DNA from: Mobula hypostoma
Lineage: Eukaryota
DNA length: 64,000 bases
Direction of reading: 5' to 3'
NCBI RefSeq assembly: GCF_963921235.1
Contig: NC_086097.1
Span: 45,014,001 to 45,078,000, forward strand
The notes under the pieces were generated by a model. It searched no databases, had not been told where the DNA came from, and saw only the letters and a program-made list of their open reading frames with translations. Position numbers and translations under genes: made by a program. This document shows positions 34,934 through 47,800 of this stretch, one piece after another (positions within the stretch are counted from its first letter, which is position 1; every line of letters starts with the position of its first letter).

Positions 34934-35605
34934 TTCCAGAAGAGTATTCTGTGTCTCTGTGCAGGGTGTGTGCGTGTGGTATGTGAATGTGTCCACCCAA
35001 GGAGCGGTAGGGGCCGGTTGCCACGGTGTTGCCAGCGGCTCGGTGTCTCCTCAGTGTTTACACAGCCCAGCTGTCAGCTCCCGCCGCGCGCCTCCCCGCG
35101 CGCACCCTCGCCCGCCCCGCCGACAGCTCCCGCAGCGCGCACCCGCTCGCTCCTTTCCAAGGAATTGCACTGCCGGCTGCAATCATTACCAAAACAATTT
35201 AATTTCACTTGCTGGCCCTATCTCTCTCTTGAATGCATTGCGCTTTCTGTGTCCTTTGTTTTAGTTACTCGTCTGCCCTCTTCCCTGCTTCCTCTTCCTA
35301 GGCTTTTCCTGACATCATTTGCTTGGCCAAATCTGACGTCGCCCGGGCTCTGGCAGCGGCTCACGTTCCGCGGGCTGCTGTGTTGCCATATTAAATTCGC
35401 CCTCCTCCAATCTGAGAGTGAGCACTCCACACTTCCGTCTGCAGGACTGGAACCCAGAGGTAGGGACGGCCCTAACTGAGAGACACAGGCGGGGGCTTCT
35501 GCTGCAAAGGAGGAGGAGGAGTGGGACGCATGCACAACATCATCACAGACAGCAGTTCTAGTTAATGCTGAGAAACAGTGCGGGAGCAGGGAGTGGTGAT
35601 ATTAC

Positions 35606-35701
35606 CTGCTGCAGGAAGAAATTGCAGCTCTCATTTTATAGCACCAGAGGAGGAAATGCAAGGGTTTAGGATTTTGTCATTAGCCAGCGAAAACCAAATA
35701 C
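35606..35701 (-). other. Putative alternative upstream exon (96 nt) ending in ATG AGA GCT GCA ATT TCT TCC TGC AGC AG|
   Basis: Pyrimidine-rich acceptor ttgcttgttgcag| at 35702 and donor CAG|GTAAT at 35605. The ATG at 35634 has A at -3 and gives the same phase 2 as the 34933 ATG. Confidence 0.35.
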
Positions 35702-36009
35702 CTGCAACAAGCAAACACGGGTTGCCACCAACAAATGAGAAAGAACGTGCGACGGAGGGAAGGGACCAAAATAGCAACAGATTTTGTTGAAATCACACAC
35801 ACGCACGAAAAGGGAAAAAAAAACACTGGCTAGAATTGACATATATTGTAGGTGTGAATTCCTCCAATTCTCGACCCTGGCCAATAATTTGGTCTAGGTG
35901 TCTAATTTTTTTGCTGATTTTTCTGATAAATTTTCAGATCCTATCATCATTGCTAATCTAATTAGAATAATAATTTGAAATGCACAAACTTCCCCAATTT
36001 TTTTTGAAA

Positions 36010-37850
36010 TCTAAAGCTTAAAGTAATTTTATTATCAAAGTATCTATATGTCACCGTATACAACACTGAGGTTAATTTTCTTGCGGGCATACTGAAATAA
36101 ATCCATAATAATAACCATCATAGAGTCAATGGAAGATTGCACCGACTTAGATTTTCAGTCAGTGTGCAAAAGGCAACCTGTTCAAATACAAAAAGAAACA
36201 AATAATAATATTAGTAAATAAATATTGAGAACATGAGATGAAGAGTCCTTGAAAGTGAGTCCATAGGTTGAGGGAACATTTCAGTAATGGTGCAGGTGAA
36301 GTTGAGTGAAGTTATACCCTCTGGTTCAAGACCCTGATGGCTGAGGGGTAATAACTGTTCCTGAACCTGATGGTATGAGTCCTGAATCTCCGGTACCTTT
36401 TTCCTGATGGCAGCATTGAGAAGAGTGCATGTCCTGGGTGATGGGGGTCCCCAATGATGAATGCTGCTTTTCTGTGACAATGCTCTGTACCCGTACAGAT
36501 GAGCTCAGTGGTGGGGAGGGCGTTACATGTGATGGACTGGGTTGTATTCACCAATTTTTGTGTACGATTTTCTGTTCAAGGGGCACTGGTGTTTCCATAC
36601 CAGGCTATGAATGCAGCCAATCACTATACTCTGCACTGCACAGTTCTAGAAGTTCATCAAGGTTTTAGATGTCCTGCCAAGTCTGCTGCTGTGCTTTCTT
36701 CGCAATTGCGCTTACATGTTGGGCTTAGGACAGGTTCTCTGAAATAATAACAGTGAGGAATTTAAAGTTGCTGACTCTCTCCACCTCTGATCCCCCAATG
36801 AGGACTGGCTCATAGAATTCTGGTTTCTTCCTCCTAAAGACAACAATCATCCCCTTGGCCTTGATGATATTGAGTAAGAGGTTGTTGTTATGGCACCCAT
36901 CAGCTAGATTTTCAATCTCTGTCCTATATGCTGATTTGTCACCATCTTTGATTCAGTCTATGACAGTGGTGTCGGCAACAAATTTGAATGTGGCATTGAT
37001 GCTGTGCTTAGCCACACAGTCATAAATGTAAAATGAGTAGAGCAGGGGGCAAAGCACACAGCCCTGTGGTGCAGCTGTGCTAATGGAGGAGATATTGTTG
37101 CTAATCTGAACTGACTAGGCTCTGCAAGTGACAAAACCGAGGATCCAATGTCACAAGGAGAATTTTGATGCCAAGCTCTTGAAGCCTATTGATTAGTTTT
37201 GAAGGGATGATGGTATTGAATGCTGAACAGTAGTCAATAAAGGCATCCTGATAGAGGCATCTTTGCTGTCCAGATGTTCCAGGGCTGAATGAAGAGCCAC
37301 TGAGATGGGATCTGCTGTAGACCTGTTAGGCAAATTGGAGTGGATCCAAGTCACTTCTCAGGCAGGAGTTGATGTGTTTCATTACCAACCTCTCAAAATA
37401 TTTCATCTCTGTAGATGTAAGTGCTACTGGATGATAGCCATTGAAGCAGGTTACCATGTTCTTCTGAGGCACTGGTGTAATTGAAGTCTGCTTGAAGCAG
37501 GTGAGTACCTCAGACTGCCGAAGTGATGCCTTTCATGGGTTCACCCTCCTGAAGGCTGCTCACATGTCAGCCTCAGAGACTGAAATCACAGGATCACTGG
37601 GGGCTATGGGAGTGCGTGAAGGTCTCTCCATGTTTTGACAGTCAAAGTGAGCACAAGAGGCATTGAGCTCATCTGGAAGCAAAGCCCCACTGTTGCCTAC
37701 GTTCCTCGATTTAACTTTTTAAGCGGTGATAGTATTGAAGCCCTGCCACAACTGTTAAGCATTCTTAATTGATTCAAGTTTAGTGTGGAATTGCCACTTA
37801 GCTCGTGAGATGATTTTCTGGAGGTCGTACATGGACCTCTTGTAAGTTTC
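36010..37850 (-). mobile_element. Rex1/Babar-like LINE, degraded
   Basis: IIGDPHHPGHALFS.LPSGKRYR (36312-36554) with degraded RT motifs upstream and a 3' tail near 36010-36040. Confidence 0.82.
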
Positions 37851-38254
37851 ATCTAAATCTCATCATTTTAGATTCTTTGCAGCTTTGGTTCAACATACCT
37901 GTCTCCGCTGCAAGCCACAATATTCCCTGATATTTGCTTCAAAGCATCTGTTCTTTAGGACCACAGTTAGTGTTTTAAACTAAATAGTAAGAGGATATGG
38001 TTCAACACCTTGGACAAGTATGAATAAAGTCAAAGGGAAGGAGAATGCAGGAGAGGTTACCGAGTCTTCAGAATAAAGAATCAGACAAAAAGTTTAAAAA
38101 GGGATAAGAATTTAACCTCAGGCAACATGGAAACAGAATTGACAAGGGTGGTGAATATAGGACTGTAAGTGTATGAATTGTATGGAATGTATTTAAATGA
38201 ACACTGTATACGTAACAAAATACATAGATGCTACACATCTATCACCACCAGACT

Positions 38255-38432
38255 ACTACCGCAGCGCTAAAGCCAGGCCCAACAGGCTATGGGACAGCTT
38301 CTTTCTACAAGCCATTAGACTTTTAAATTCACATGTTTGTACGTTGCAACAGAGTCATAACGCAAAGATTTTTACTCCCTCATGTCGTGGAATGGATGTA
38401 AGAATTAAATAAATTCTAAATTCTAAATTCTG
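38255..38432 (+). mobile_element. Short Rex1-like 3' end with an (ATTCTAA)n tail
   Basis: YRS.KAR.NRL.DSFF.QAIRLLN, then AATAAA and a repeat tail. Confidence 0.7.
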
Positions 38433-38819
38433 AAGCTTCTTTCCTGTAGCTAACCAGCTTCTCAATGAAACTCACTCAGGTGTAATACCCTAACTGTCCC
38501 TGCACAACATCCGTTAGATGGTCTTCCTGCTGTCCTTTTTCTATTGCTAATTATTGAGTATGTATATATTTTCACATTTATTTAAGTTGATTATTCATGT
38601 TTGCACATGCGACCATTATGCTAATTGCTGATTGCTCATGGCCGGGTACACTATTGTCTTGTACAGTGTTGGTTGCTATGGTATTGTCCTGTATTTTATG
38701 CTTGGCACCGAACTACAATCAATTCTGGTATGTTTCACCTACTGACAATAAAGTGAACCTGATTCTAATTCTGATTCTGATAAAGTAGATAATCTTGTAG
38801 TGCAGTTAGAAATTGGCAG

Positions 38820-39775
38820 GTATGACCATCTATAAATTTGCTGATGATACAACCATTGTTAGTAGAATTTCAGATGGAGATGAGAGGGCATACAGGAGCG
38901 AGATATACCAGCTAGTTGAGTGGTGTCACAACAACAACCTTGCACACAACGTCAGTAAGATGAAAGAGCTGACTGTGGATTTCAGGAAGGGTAAGATGAG
39001 GGAACACAAACCAATACTCATAGAGGGATCAGAAGTGGAGAGAGTGAACAATTTCAGTTCCAGGGTGTCAAGATCACTGAGGATCTAACCTAGACCCAAC
39101 GTATCAATGCAACGATAAAGAGGGCAAGACAGTGGTTATATTTCATTAGAAGTTTGAAGATATTTGGTTTGTCACCTAAAACACTTGAAGGTTTATATAG
39201 ATGTAGCATAGACAGCATTCTGACAGGCTGCATCACTATCTGGTATTGGGGTGGGGGGGTGTGGTAGAGGAAGCTACAGCACCGGACCAAAAGCAGCTAC
39301 AGAAAGCTGTAAAATTAGTCAGCTTCATCTTGGGTGCTAGCCTCCATAGTTCCCAAGACATCTTCAAGGAGCAGTGCCTCAGAAAGGTGACATCCATTAT
39401 TAAGGAACTCCATCACCTCTGCTCATTGTTACCATCAGGAAAGAGGGACAGAAGCCTGAAGGCACACACTCAGCGTTTCAGGAACAGCTTCTTCCCCTCC
39501 GCCACATGATTCCTAAATGGACATTGAACCCATGAACACTACCTCACTTTTTAAATATATATATTATTTCCACTTTGGCAGTATTTTTAATCGATTCAAT
39601 GTACATATATATACTTACTGAAATTGATTTATTGATTGATTGATTTATCTGCTTGTTTATTTATTTATTTATTTTTCCATTCTATATTATCATGTATTGC
39701 ATTGTACTGCTGCTGCTAAGTTAACAAATTTCAGGACACATGCTGTTGATAATAAACCTTATTCTGATTCTGACA
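38820..39775 (+). mobile_element. Rex1/Babar-like LINE 3' portion
   Basis: KFADDTTIV..NVSK.KEL.VDFRK and LLPSGKR.RSLK..T.RFRNSFFP, plus an (attctg)n tail. Confidence 0.85.
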
Positions 39776-40109
39776 TTATGGACATCACCCATTGTGGCTG
39801 AAAAATGATCACAGCTGGGACTTAACGCCCAAAGATACACATCATATAGAAAAGTCATGCAAGTGAGCAGAGTGGGTAGAGAGGCTTTGTTCATTAAAAA
39901 AACGAAATCAAACTTTTAGAAAGAAGTAGCATAGGATCAGAAGGTGTAGAATTCTTGGGCATAGAGTTGAGAAACTGCAAGTGTAAAAAGACCTGATGGC
40001 AATTATATACAGTAACCAGGATGTGGAGGGCAAATTACAATGGGAGATAGAAAAGGCATGTGAAAGGACAATGTTATAATTGTCATGGGGGATCTCAATA
40101 TGCAGGTAG

Positions 40110-43100
40110 GTAACTCCAAAGCATAAAACTAATTGAAAGAAAAACACAGAGCTTGGAATAACTCATGTATGTTTGGCTTTTATTTTCAGTGAGGCAATCA
40201 CTTATGACATGGTGGCATAATGACGTATGCCATTCACATACTTTTACATACAAGCCATAACGAACTATGTAAACAACAAAAATGTTTACTCAAATAATAT
40301 ATATGTACAATATTACTCAAATATTACTGAAATATTAAATACATAACACTCATCCTTGCTTAGCTATAAACTCCAACTCAATATAGCATGCATCTCAAGT
40401 TTATATATATATATACAACCTTTGTATGTATACTACAGCTACTATATAGACATTCACAACATAGTAAATGATAAATTGTCCCATCCAGGCCCAAAGATTT
40501 AGTTGCTATGGAGGATTTCTTACTTTTGTAGGGTAACATCTTTCCCGAGAAAAGGGGTCACTCTGCTTGGCAGATGAGACTTGTGGCTGTGAAACCATTT
40601 CAGTTTCTAGGGCCTCCTTCATGGTGGTGGTAGGAGTTGACTTTGGGGCTGCAGGAAGTGATTCTGACAGTTTTCGACACCCTTCTTCTCGAACAATTGA
40701 ATCTACCAGGGATGGAGGGGTACTGCTCATTGCATCTCCTGGACATGTCGGAATCCCAAACAGTGCATGACAAGCTGCCCAAACTGTTGATTTATTCCAG
40801 GCCACCAGACAAAGCTTCAAGCCAATGCTTTCATTTTGATCATACCTAGATGACTGGCATTTATATCCTCCAACACTTTAGCTCTCAGCTTGGATGGTAC
40901 AATAACTCTCATAAGGCAATCTCCATCAAGTGCAAGTTCATACCGGTGCTGCTGCACATTACAGCCATTGTGGTTTACCATGTAGACCTGAGACAGTGTG
41001 AGGACTTTTCTGGTTTCCCATTCAACCACCTAGAGTGTAATAGGAAGATATTTCATTTTCGTTAAGGAGAATACGTCAAGAGGAGTGGCACTTTTTGTAA
41101 AATTTTCCGTCATTTCCTTTTCCAAGAGTAAACGGCACAATCCATTAGCATTTCTATGATTAGTTGTCCTCTTGAATTCAATCTTGAAATTGTGTTCTCT
41201 AAGAAACAGCCCATCTCTGCAATCGTGCTGCTGCTGTTAGTGGAGCATGCTTCTATGGATTGAACATGGACACTATTATTTGATGATCAGTAATGAAGGC
41301 AAACTCCCTCCCATACAAGTACTGATTGAAACATTTTATACCCCAAAGAAGACTTAAGGCCTCCCTGTCAATCTGCACATAATTTTTCTCTGCTGTAGTA
41401 AGGGAATGTGATGTAAAGGCTTTGGGCCGTTCACTTCCATCACTCATAACATGTGGCATGACTGCACCTATACCATAAGATGAGGTGCTACAGGAAAGCT
41501 TCACTAGATGATGTGGATCACAACGTGCGAATACAGTGTCTGCCGTCGCCACTTCCTTTACCTTTCCGAAAGCCGCCTCACACTGCTTTGTCCATTGCTA
41601 TTTCTTTCCGCTCTGTAGTAATGAGTTCAAGGGGTGGTAAACAGTAGCCGGATTTGGCGGAAAGCTGTTAAATTAATTGACAAATCTTAAAAAGGACTCC
41701 AAATATGACACATCCTTTGGCCCTGGGGCGTTCACAACTCCTTGAATTTTCACAGCACACTTGTGTAATCCTTATGCATCAAAGGTGTGACCACAGTAAG
41801 TGATGCTTGATTTAAAGAATTCAGGCTTGTGAAGCGTGCTCTGAGTCCAAAACCTTCTAATCTTTTTAACACTGCATTGAGATTTGGGAGATGTTCGTTG
41901 TCATTCTTGTTGGTAACAATGATGCCATTCAGGTAACACAGAGTGCCTGGGCAACAAAATCCCTTAATTTGTAATGAACAGTGTGCACAAGCATCTTGTG
42001 CTGTGCAATATTTTGCCCAATGACAACAACATTTGAATTTTATATATAGTGGTCTTAATTTTAACAGCTAGCAAAACATTGTCAATAAGAACTTTGATCT
42101 CTGCTGGGGTTGATCGTTTTCACTCTAGTTCATCTGCACTCTCACAAAACGTGTGTAGCAAGCCTTTAGCGGGTAATGAAGGATTTTCTTGCCAGAGCTT
42201 TTGCATACTGTCCATATGTGATTTTCTTGCTAAATGATGCTTTAAAAAGTCAAGTTTCCAAATATCTCTCCAATTCTTTCCACTTTCAAATTCTCCAGCA
42301 ACTTTTTCATCGTGACAATACACGCAGGTAACACCAGTTTCTGTATCGTACATAAATATTCTTGTAGCTGCACGTTCCTAACCTCATGAGCTTTTGGTGT
42401 AGCAGTTTCTACTGTTTCATGAAACCATTCCGCTTTAAATATACTAGCAGTTCTTATGCGCTTCACACCCTTTGCTTCTTTCGAATTTGACATAGTGAAT
42501 CAATAACTTTGTTAATAAAAACTGTATTAATAAGCCCAGTTCCAAAACCTACAGACAAATCATTGCAAACTCCATGCTGTCAACACCATACGCATCAGAA
42601 ACCAGAAAAGGAAAAGTGATTGTGGTATGATTGTGAAATATACTTGGCGTGCCAATGAGGTAAAGGGTGACAACCTCTTGTCCACAGTTTTAATTCCTTT
42701 GTGCACTAGTAGCAAAAGATGTGTGTGCACGCATACGTGCACACCTTAGAGGAAACATTGCTGGACAGGAATGTCATTCCCACAAAGAGTTATCTTTTCT
42801 CCAGTATAAGTTCTTGGTTGGATATCTGTAGGCTTCAGGTCAGTATCTTTGATATGCTTTCACACTCATTTTATGATGCGTGTTTTAAAGAATTCAACAT
42901 GCTCTGTCTGCATTAACAGTCAATATTGCATCGTGTTCTGAGCATAACCTTCTAATCTTTTTAACACTATCTTGAGATTTTGGAGGTGATCCTTGTCATT
43001 CTTACTGGCAACAATGATGTCATCCAGGTAGCCTTACAGCACCTGGTCCATAGCTTTCAAACACAATGCAGGTGCAGATGCTACTCCAAAAAAGAAGCCT

Positions 43101-43370
43101 ATAATAGTGATTAATCCTTTGTGAGTGTTTATGCTGAGAAACATTATGGACTCTTCTTCCATCTCCACCTGTAGGTAGGTCTCAGCTAAGTCCATTTTGC
43201 TAAAGTGTTTCCCTCCAGAACAATTTGCAAAGATATTCTCTATCATGGGCAGAGGGTATTGAAGGTATCAAATGGGTCCTGACAGACCCATTCTTCTTGG
43301 CTACTGGAGCCACTGTTGTTGCCTGCAGGCTCTGCTCAACCATGGAAAGAATTCCATGCGATTTAGCTGG
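40110..43370 (-). mobile_element. Gypsy/Ty3 LTR retrotransposon remnant: 3' LTR (~40110-40348), PPT, and fragmented integrase, RNase H and RT
   Basis: HLGMIKMKALA (integrase zinc finger), SSYGIGAV..AEKNY.QIDREAL..TDH (RNase H), FSKMDL..Y.Q..INTHKG and YLDD (RT). The LTR ends ..AACA next to a minus-strand purine tract, and the same LTR recurs at 55555. Confidence 0.85.
41955..42760 (-). mobile_element. Non-autonomous hAT (Tip100/Arthur-like) DNA transposon nested in the Gypsy element
   Basis: Minus-strand terminus CAATGTTTCCTCTAA. 8-bp TSD CTGGGCAA / CTGGACAG (41947-41954 and 42761-42768). Frameshifted N-terminal TTF-type zinc finger F..EW..C..C..F..G..W..LK.H..SH (42120-42493). Confidence 0.75.
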
Positions 43371-43379
43371 CTGGCTACT

Positions 43380-43910
43380 TTGAACAGCAGCATACTGGAG
43401 ACCAGGAGCCTAAGAAGATGTAGCTCACGCAGCTTCACTGATTGAGTAGAGAAGGCAGCGACTTTTCCTGGGAGGGAGGTTTTCTAATGCTTTTGGGGAG
43501 GGTTTAAACTGGACTTGCAAGGGGGAGTGGGAACCAAAGTGATAGAGGTGAATAAGATAAAGAGAGGCATTGGTCATGTGGATAGCCAGAGGCTTTTTCT
43601 GAGGGCTGAAATGGCTAACGCGAGGGGGCATAGTTTTAAGGTGCTTGGAAGTAGTTACGGGGGGATGTCAGAGGTAAGTTTTTAACAGAGAGTTGTGGGT
43701 GCGTGGAATGCACTGTCAGCGACGGTGGTAGAGGCGGATACAATAGGGTCTTTTAGGAGAGTCTCAGATAGGTACGTGGAGTTTAGAAAAATAGAAGGCT
43801 ATGCCGTGGGCAATTCTAGGCAATTTCTAGAGTAGGTTACATGATTGGCACAACATTGTGGGCTGAAGGGCCTGTAATGTGCTTAGATTTCTATGGTCTA
43901 TGTTCTACGT
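43380..43910 (+). mobile_element. CR1 fragments (ORF1 end joined to ORF2 3' end)
   Basis: ggggagggtttaaactgg (ORF1 end), followed by TRGH..FLTE..WN and a 3' tail. Confidence 0.7.
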
Positions 43911-44819
43911 TCCATGACTCATGGCAGTTTGATGCTTTGAGCAGTGGTCCATCAGTGTTCAGGTTTGATCAGTAAGAATAAATTATAGTAAGGCAGGGCA
44001 AGCAGAGCAGCCATAGTTGGAATGGTTAGAGTTAGAGTGGAGATTTTTTAGGGTTTGGCCTTCAAGGCTTCAATGAAGAGAGGCTTTAGTGAGAGAAGGC
44101 AAAAAGAGCACATGTAGAGTCTTCCCCCCCCCCCCACAGTCTATTAATACTTCCTTCTTTAAATTTGCTCAGAAGGGAAGGGGAGATAGGAGGCAAGCTG
44201 TGGTGATAGGGGTTCATTGGTCAGGGCAACAGAAAGGAGGTTCTGTGGACAAGAACAAGATTCCTAGATGGTATGTTGGCTTCCGGGTGCCAGGGTCTGG
44301 GACTTCTCAGATTGATTGCTCAGCATTCTTAAGTGGCAGGGTGAGCAGCCAGAGGTCGTGGTCCATGTAGGTATCAACGACATAGGTAGGAAGTATGACG
44401 AGGTTCTGCAAAGTGAGTTCAGGGAGTTAGGTGTTAAGTTAAGGGGCAGGACCTCCAGGATTGTGATCTCAGGATCGCTACCAATGCCATGGGCTAGTGA
44501 GGCCAGAAATAGGAAGATTATACAGTTTAACATGTTGGTGTAGGAGGGAGGGCATAAAATTTTTTGGATCATTGAGATCTCTTCCAAGGAAGATGGAAAC
44601 TGTTTGCAGCTGAACTGGAAGAGGACTAACATCCTAGTGGGAAGGTTTTCTAGCACTGCGTGGCGGGTTTTAAACTAGAGCTGCAGGAGCTTCAGAACTA
44701 GAGTGCCCACAACAGTTAATGGAGAGGTTGTGGAGACAGATGTTGGTAAGACCGCTGACAAGGTCAGGAATCAGATGGTTGAGAATGGCATGACTAGTGT
44801 CCTGAGCTGTGTATATTTC

Positions 44820-47800
44820 TTTTTTTTTTGTAATTTATTTTTTATTGAAGTTCATCATCAAACAAAACTTTCCATAAGATGTATTTCAGATATTGTACAT
44901 GTATATCATAGAAACATAGAAAATAGGTGCAGGAGTAGGCCATTCGGCCCTTCGAGCCTGCACCGCCATTTATTATGATCATGGCTGATCATCCAACTCA
45001 GAACCCCGCCCCAGCCTTCCCTCCATACCCCCTGACCCCCGTAGCCACAAGGGCCATATCTAACTCCCTCTTAAATATAGCCAATGAACTGGCCTCAACA
45101 GTTTCCTGTGGCAGAGAATTCCACAGATTCACCACTCTCTGTGTGAAGAAGTTTTTCCTAACCTTGGTCCTAAAAGGCTTCCCCTCTATCCTCAAACTGT
45201 GACCCCTCGTTCTGGACTTCCCCAACATCGGGAACAATCTTCCTGCATCTAGCCTGTCCAATCCCTTTAGGATCTTATACGTTTCAATCAGATCCCCCCT
45301 CAATCTTCTAAATTCCAACGAGTACAAGCCCAATTCATCCAGTCTTTCTTCATATGAAAGTCCCGCCATCCCACGAATCAATCTGGTGAACCTTCTTTGT
45401 ACTCCCTCCATGGCAAAGATGTCTTTCCTCAGATTAGGGGACCAAAACTGCACACAATACTCCAGGTGTTGTCTCACCAAGGCCTTGTACAACTGCAGTA
45501 GTACGTCCCTGCTCCTGTACTCGAATCCTCTCGCTATAAATGCCAGCATACCATTCGCCTTTTTCACCGTCTGCTGTACCTGCATGCCCACTTTCAATGA
45601 CTGGTGTATAATGACACCCAGGTCTCATTGCACCTCCCCTTTTCCTAATCGGCCACCATTCAGATAATAATCTGTTTTCCTGTTCTTGCCACCAAAGTGG
45701 ATAACCTCACATTTATCCACATTAAATTGCATCTGCCATGAATTTGCCCACTCACCCAACCTATCCAAGTCACCCTCCATCCTCTCAGCATCCTCCTCAC
45801 TGCTAACACTGCCACTCAGCTTCGTGTCATCCGCAAACTTGGAGATGCTGCATTTAATTCCCTCATCCAAGTCATTAATATATATTGTAAACAACTGGGG
45901 TCCCAGCACTGAGCCTTGCGGTACCCCACTAGTCACCGCCTGCCATTCTGAAAAGGTCCCGTTTATTCCCACTCTTTGCTTCCTGTCTGCCAACCAATTC
46001 TCCACCCACACCAATACCTTACCCCCAATACCGTGTGCTTTAAGTTTGCACACTAATCTCCTGTGTGGGACCTTGTCAAAAGCCTTTTGAAAATCCAAAT
46101 ATACCACATCCACTGGTTCTCCCCTATCCACTCTACTAGTTACATCCTCAAAAAATTCTATGAGATTCGTCAGACATGATTTTCCTTTCACAAATCCATG
46201 CTGACTTTGTCCGATCATTTCACCGCTTTCCAAATGTGCTGTTATCACATCCTTGATAACTGACTCCAGCAGTTTCCCCACCACCGACGTTAGGCTAACC
46301 AGTCTATAATTCCCCGGTTTCTCTCTCCCTCCTTTTTTAAAAAGTGGAGTTACATTAGCCACCCTCCAATCCTCAGGAACTAGTCCAGAATCTAACGAGT
46401 TTTGAAAAATTATCACGATTGCATCCACTATTTCTTGGGCTACTTCTTTAAGCACTCTAGGATGCAGACCATCTGGCCCTGGGGATTTATCTGCCTTCAA
46501 TCCCTTCAATTTACCTAACACCACTTCCCTACTAACATGTATTTCGCTCAGTTCCTCCATCCCACTGGACCCTCTGTCCCTTACTATTTCTGGAAGATTA
46601 TTTATGTCCTCCTTAGTGAAGACAGAACCAAAGTAACTATTCAATTGGTCTGCCGTGTCCTTGCTCCCCATAATCAATTCACCTGTTCCTGTCTGCAGGG
46701 GACCTACATTCGTCTTTACCAGTCTTTTCCTTTTTACATATCTATAAAAGCTTTTACAGTCCGTTTTTATGTTCCCTGCCAGTTTTCTCTCATAATCTTT
46801 TTTCCCCTTCCTAATTAAGCCCTTTGTCCTCCTCTGCTGAACTCTGAATTTCTCCCAGTCCTCGGGTGAGCCACTTTCTCTGGCTAATTTTTATGCTTCT
46901 TCTTTGGAATTGATACTATCCCTAATTTCTCTTGTCAGCCACAGGTGCACTACCTTCCTTGATTTATTCTTTTGCCAAACTGGGATGAACAATTGTTGTA
47001 GTTCATCCATGCAACCTTTAAATGCTTGCCATTGCATATCCACCGTCAATCCTTTAAGTGTCATTTGCCAGTCTATCTTAGCTAATTCACATCTCATACC
47101 TTCAAAGTTACCCATCTTTAAGTTCAGAACCTTTGTTTCTGAATTAACTATGTCACTCTCCATCTTAATGAAGAATTCCACCATATTATGGTCACTCTTA
47201 CCCAAGGGGCCTCTCACGACAAGATCGCTAATTAACCCTTCCTCATTGCTCAAAACCCAGTCCAGAATAGCCTGCTCTCTAGTTGGTTCCTCGACATGTT
47301 GGTTCAAAAAACCATCCCGCATACATTCCAAGAAATCCTCTTCCTCAGCACCTTTACCAATTTGGTTCACCCAGTCTACATGTAGATTGAAGTCACCCAT
47401 TATAACTGCTGTTCTTTTATTGCACACATTTCTAATTTCCTGTTTAATACCATCTCCGACCTCACCACTACTGTTAGGTGGTCTGTACACAACTCCCACC
47501 AGCGTCTTCTGCCCCTTGGTGTTACGCAGCTCTACCCATATCGATTCCACATCTTCCCGGCTTATGTCCTTCCTTTCTATTGCGTTAATCTCTTCTTTAA
47601 CCAGCAACGCCACCCCACCTCCCCTTCCTTCATGTCTATCCCTCCTGAATATTGAATATCCCTGAACGTTGAGCTCCCATCCCTGGTCACCCTGGAGCCA
47701 TGTCTCTGTGATCCCAACTATATCATAATCATTAATAACAATCTGCACTTTCAATTCATCCACCTTATTACGAATGCTCCTTACATTGACACATAAAGCC

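Larger units (their letters stand above)
34600..35560. promoter_or_regulatory. CpG island / probable promoter of a minus-strand host gene
   Basis: The only non-TE CpG-rich stretch in the window, densest at 35080-35150. GC box CCCGCCCCGCC at 35111-35121. CRE-like TGACATCA (35310) and TGACGTCG (35334). Forkhead-like TGTTTAC near 35055. Confidence 0.8.

Noticed and set aside
34616..35535. Several overlapping 77-169 aa ORFs in the CpG island
   Set aside because: Low-complexity products expected from GC-rich and microsatellite sequence, with no recognisable domain.
46904..47665. 253-aa ORF antisense to the CR1 endonuclease, and similar antisense ORFs over other LINEs
   Set aside because: Shadow ORFs of the coding strand; no independent evidence.
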